From: Chiloscyllium plagiosum
Taxonomy: Eukaryota
Length of the DNA stretch: 32,957 nucleotides
NCBI RefSeq assembly: GCF_004010195.1
Contig: NC_057720.1
Location: forward strand, 15,829,961-15,862,917
Direction of reading: 5' to 3'
Positions 32,695 through 32,957 of this stretch are shown here, piece after piece; position 1 is the stretch's first letter; each line of letters opens with the position of its first letter. The notes under the pieces are model-generated. The model made no database searches. It was not told the DNA's origin and worked only from the letters and a program-made list of their open reading frames with translations. The position numbers were made by a program, and so were the translations under genes.

Positions 32695-32957
32695 ATTCTG
32701 GATTAGTGGTGCTGGAAGAGCACAGCAGTTCAGGCAGCATCCAAGGAGCTTCGAAATCGACGTTTCGGGCAAAAGCCCTTCATCAGGAATAAAGGCAGTG
32801 AGCCTGAAGCGTGGAAAGATAAGCTAGAGGAGAGTGGGGGTGGGGAGAAAGTAGCATAGAGTACAATGGGTGAGTGGGGGAGGGGATGAAGGTGATAGGT
32901 CAGGGAGGAGAGGGTGGAGTGGATAGGTGGAAAAGGAGATAGGCAGGTAGGACAAGT
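32695..32957 (-). mobile_element. Young Penelope-like terminal repeat running off the right edge
   Basis: gtggtgctggaagagcacagcagttcaggcagcatcc...gacgtttcgggcaaaagcccttcatcagg, homologous to 6303, 11028 and 31555; CpGs retained. Confidence 0.87.
32752..32793 (-). ncRNA. Minimal type I hammerhead ribozyme motif
   Basis: Minus strand CTGATGA-a-gggc-tttt-gccc-GAAAC-GTC (32786-32759). Confidence 0.72.

Noticed and set aside
1..32957. Prokaryotic systems (CRISPR arrays, operons, retrons, defence islands)
   Set aside because: No regularly spaced repeats or gene-dense organisation; the sequence is vertebrate repeat-rich DNA.

Overview
Eukaryotic non-coding DNA, almost certainly from a cartilaginous fish. 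The repeat families (HE1-type V-SINEs, HER1/CR1 LINEs, Deu-domain SINEs, Penelope-like elements) suggest a shark, probably a bamboo or epaulette shark; this is inferred from repeats only. No intact host CDS is recognisable: the ORF-track entries are decayed transposon fragments or chance ORFs. Roughly two thirds of the window is nested TE debris: CR1, L2, RTE, Vingi-like and Rex1/Babar-like LINEs, three SINE families, solo LTRs, Harbinger Myb/SANT remnants and Penelope-like elements. Several TE-free AT-rich islands look like conserved non-coding elements, and there is one candidate spliced exon. The most notable signals are: (1) minimal hammerhead-ribozyme cores in the Penelope terminal repeats; (2) an 83-bp-arm palindromic Penelope mini-element with a 15-bp TSD; (3) an apparently ORF1-less CR1-superfamily LINE whose 5' end is the same tRNA-like head as a SINE family that also shares its 3' tail; (4) two local templated duplications. 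Repeat boundaries were set by eye and are approximate unless a TSD is quoted.
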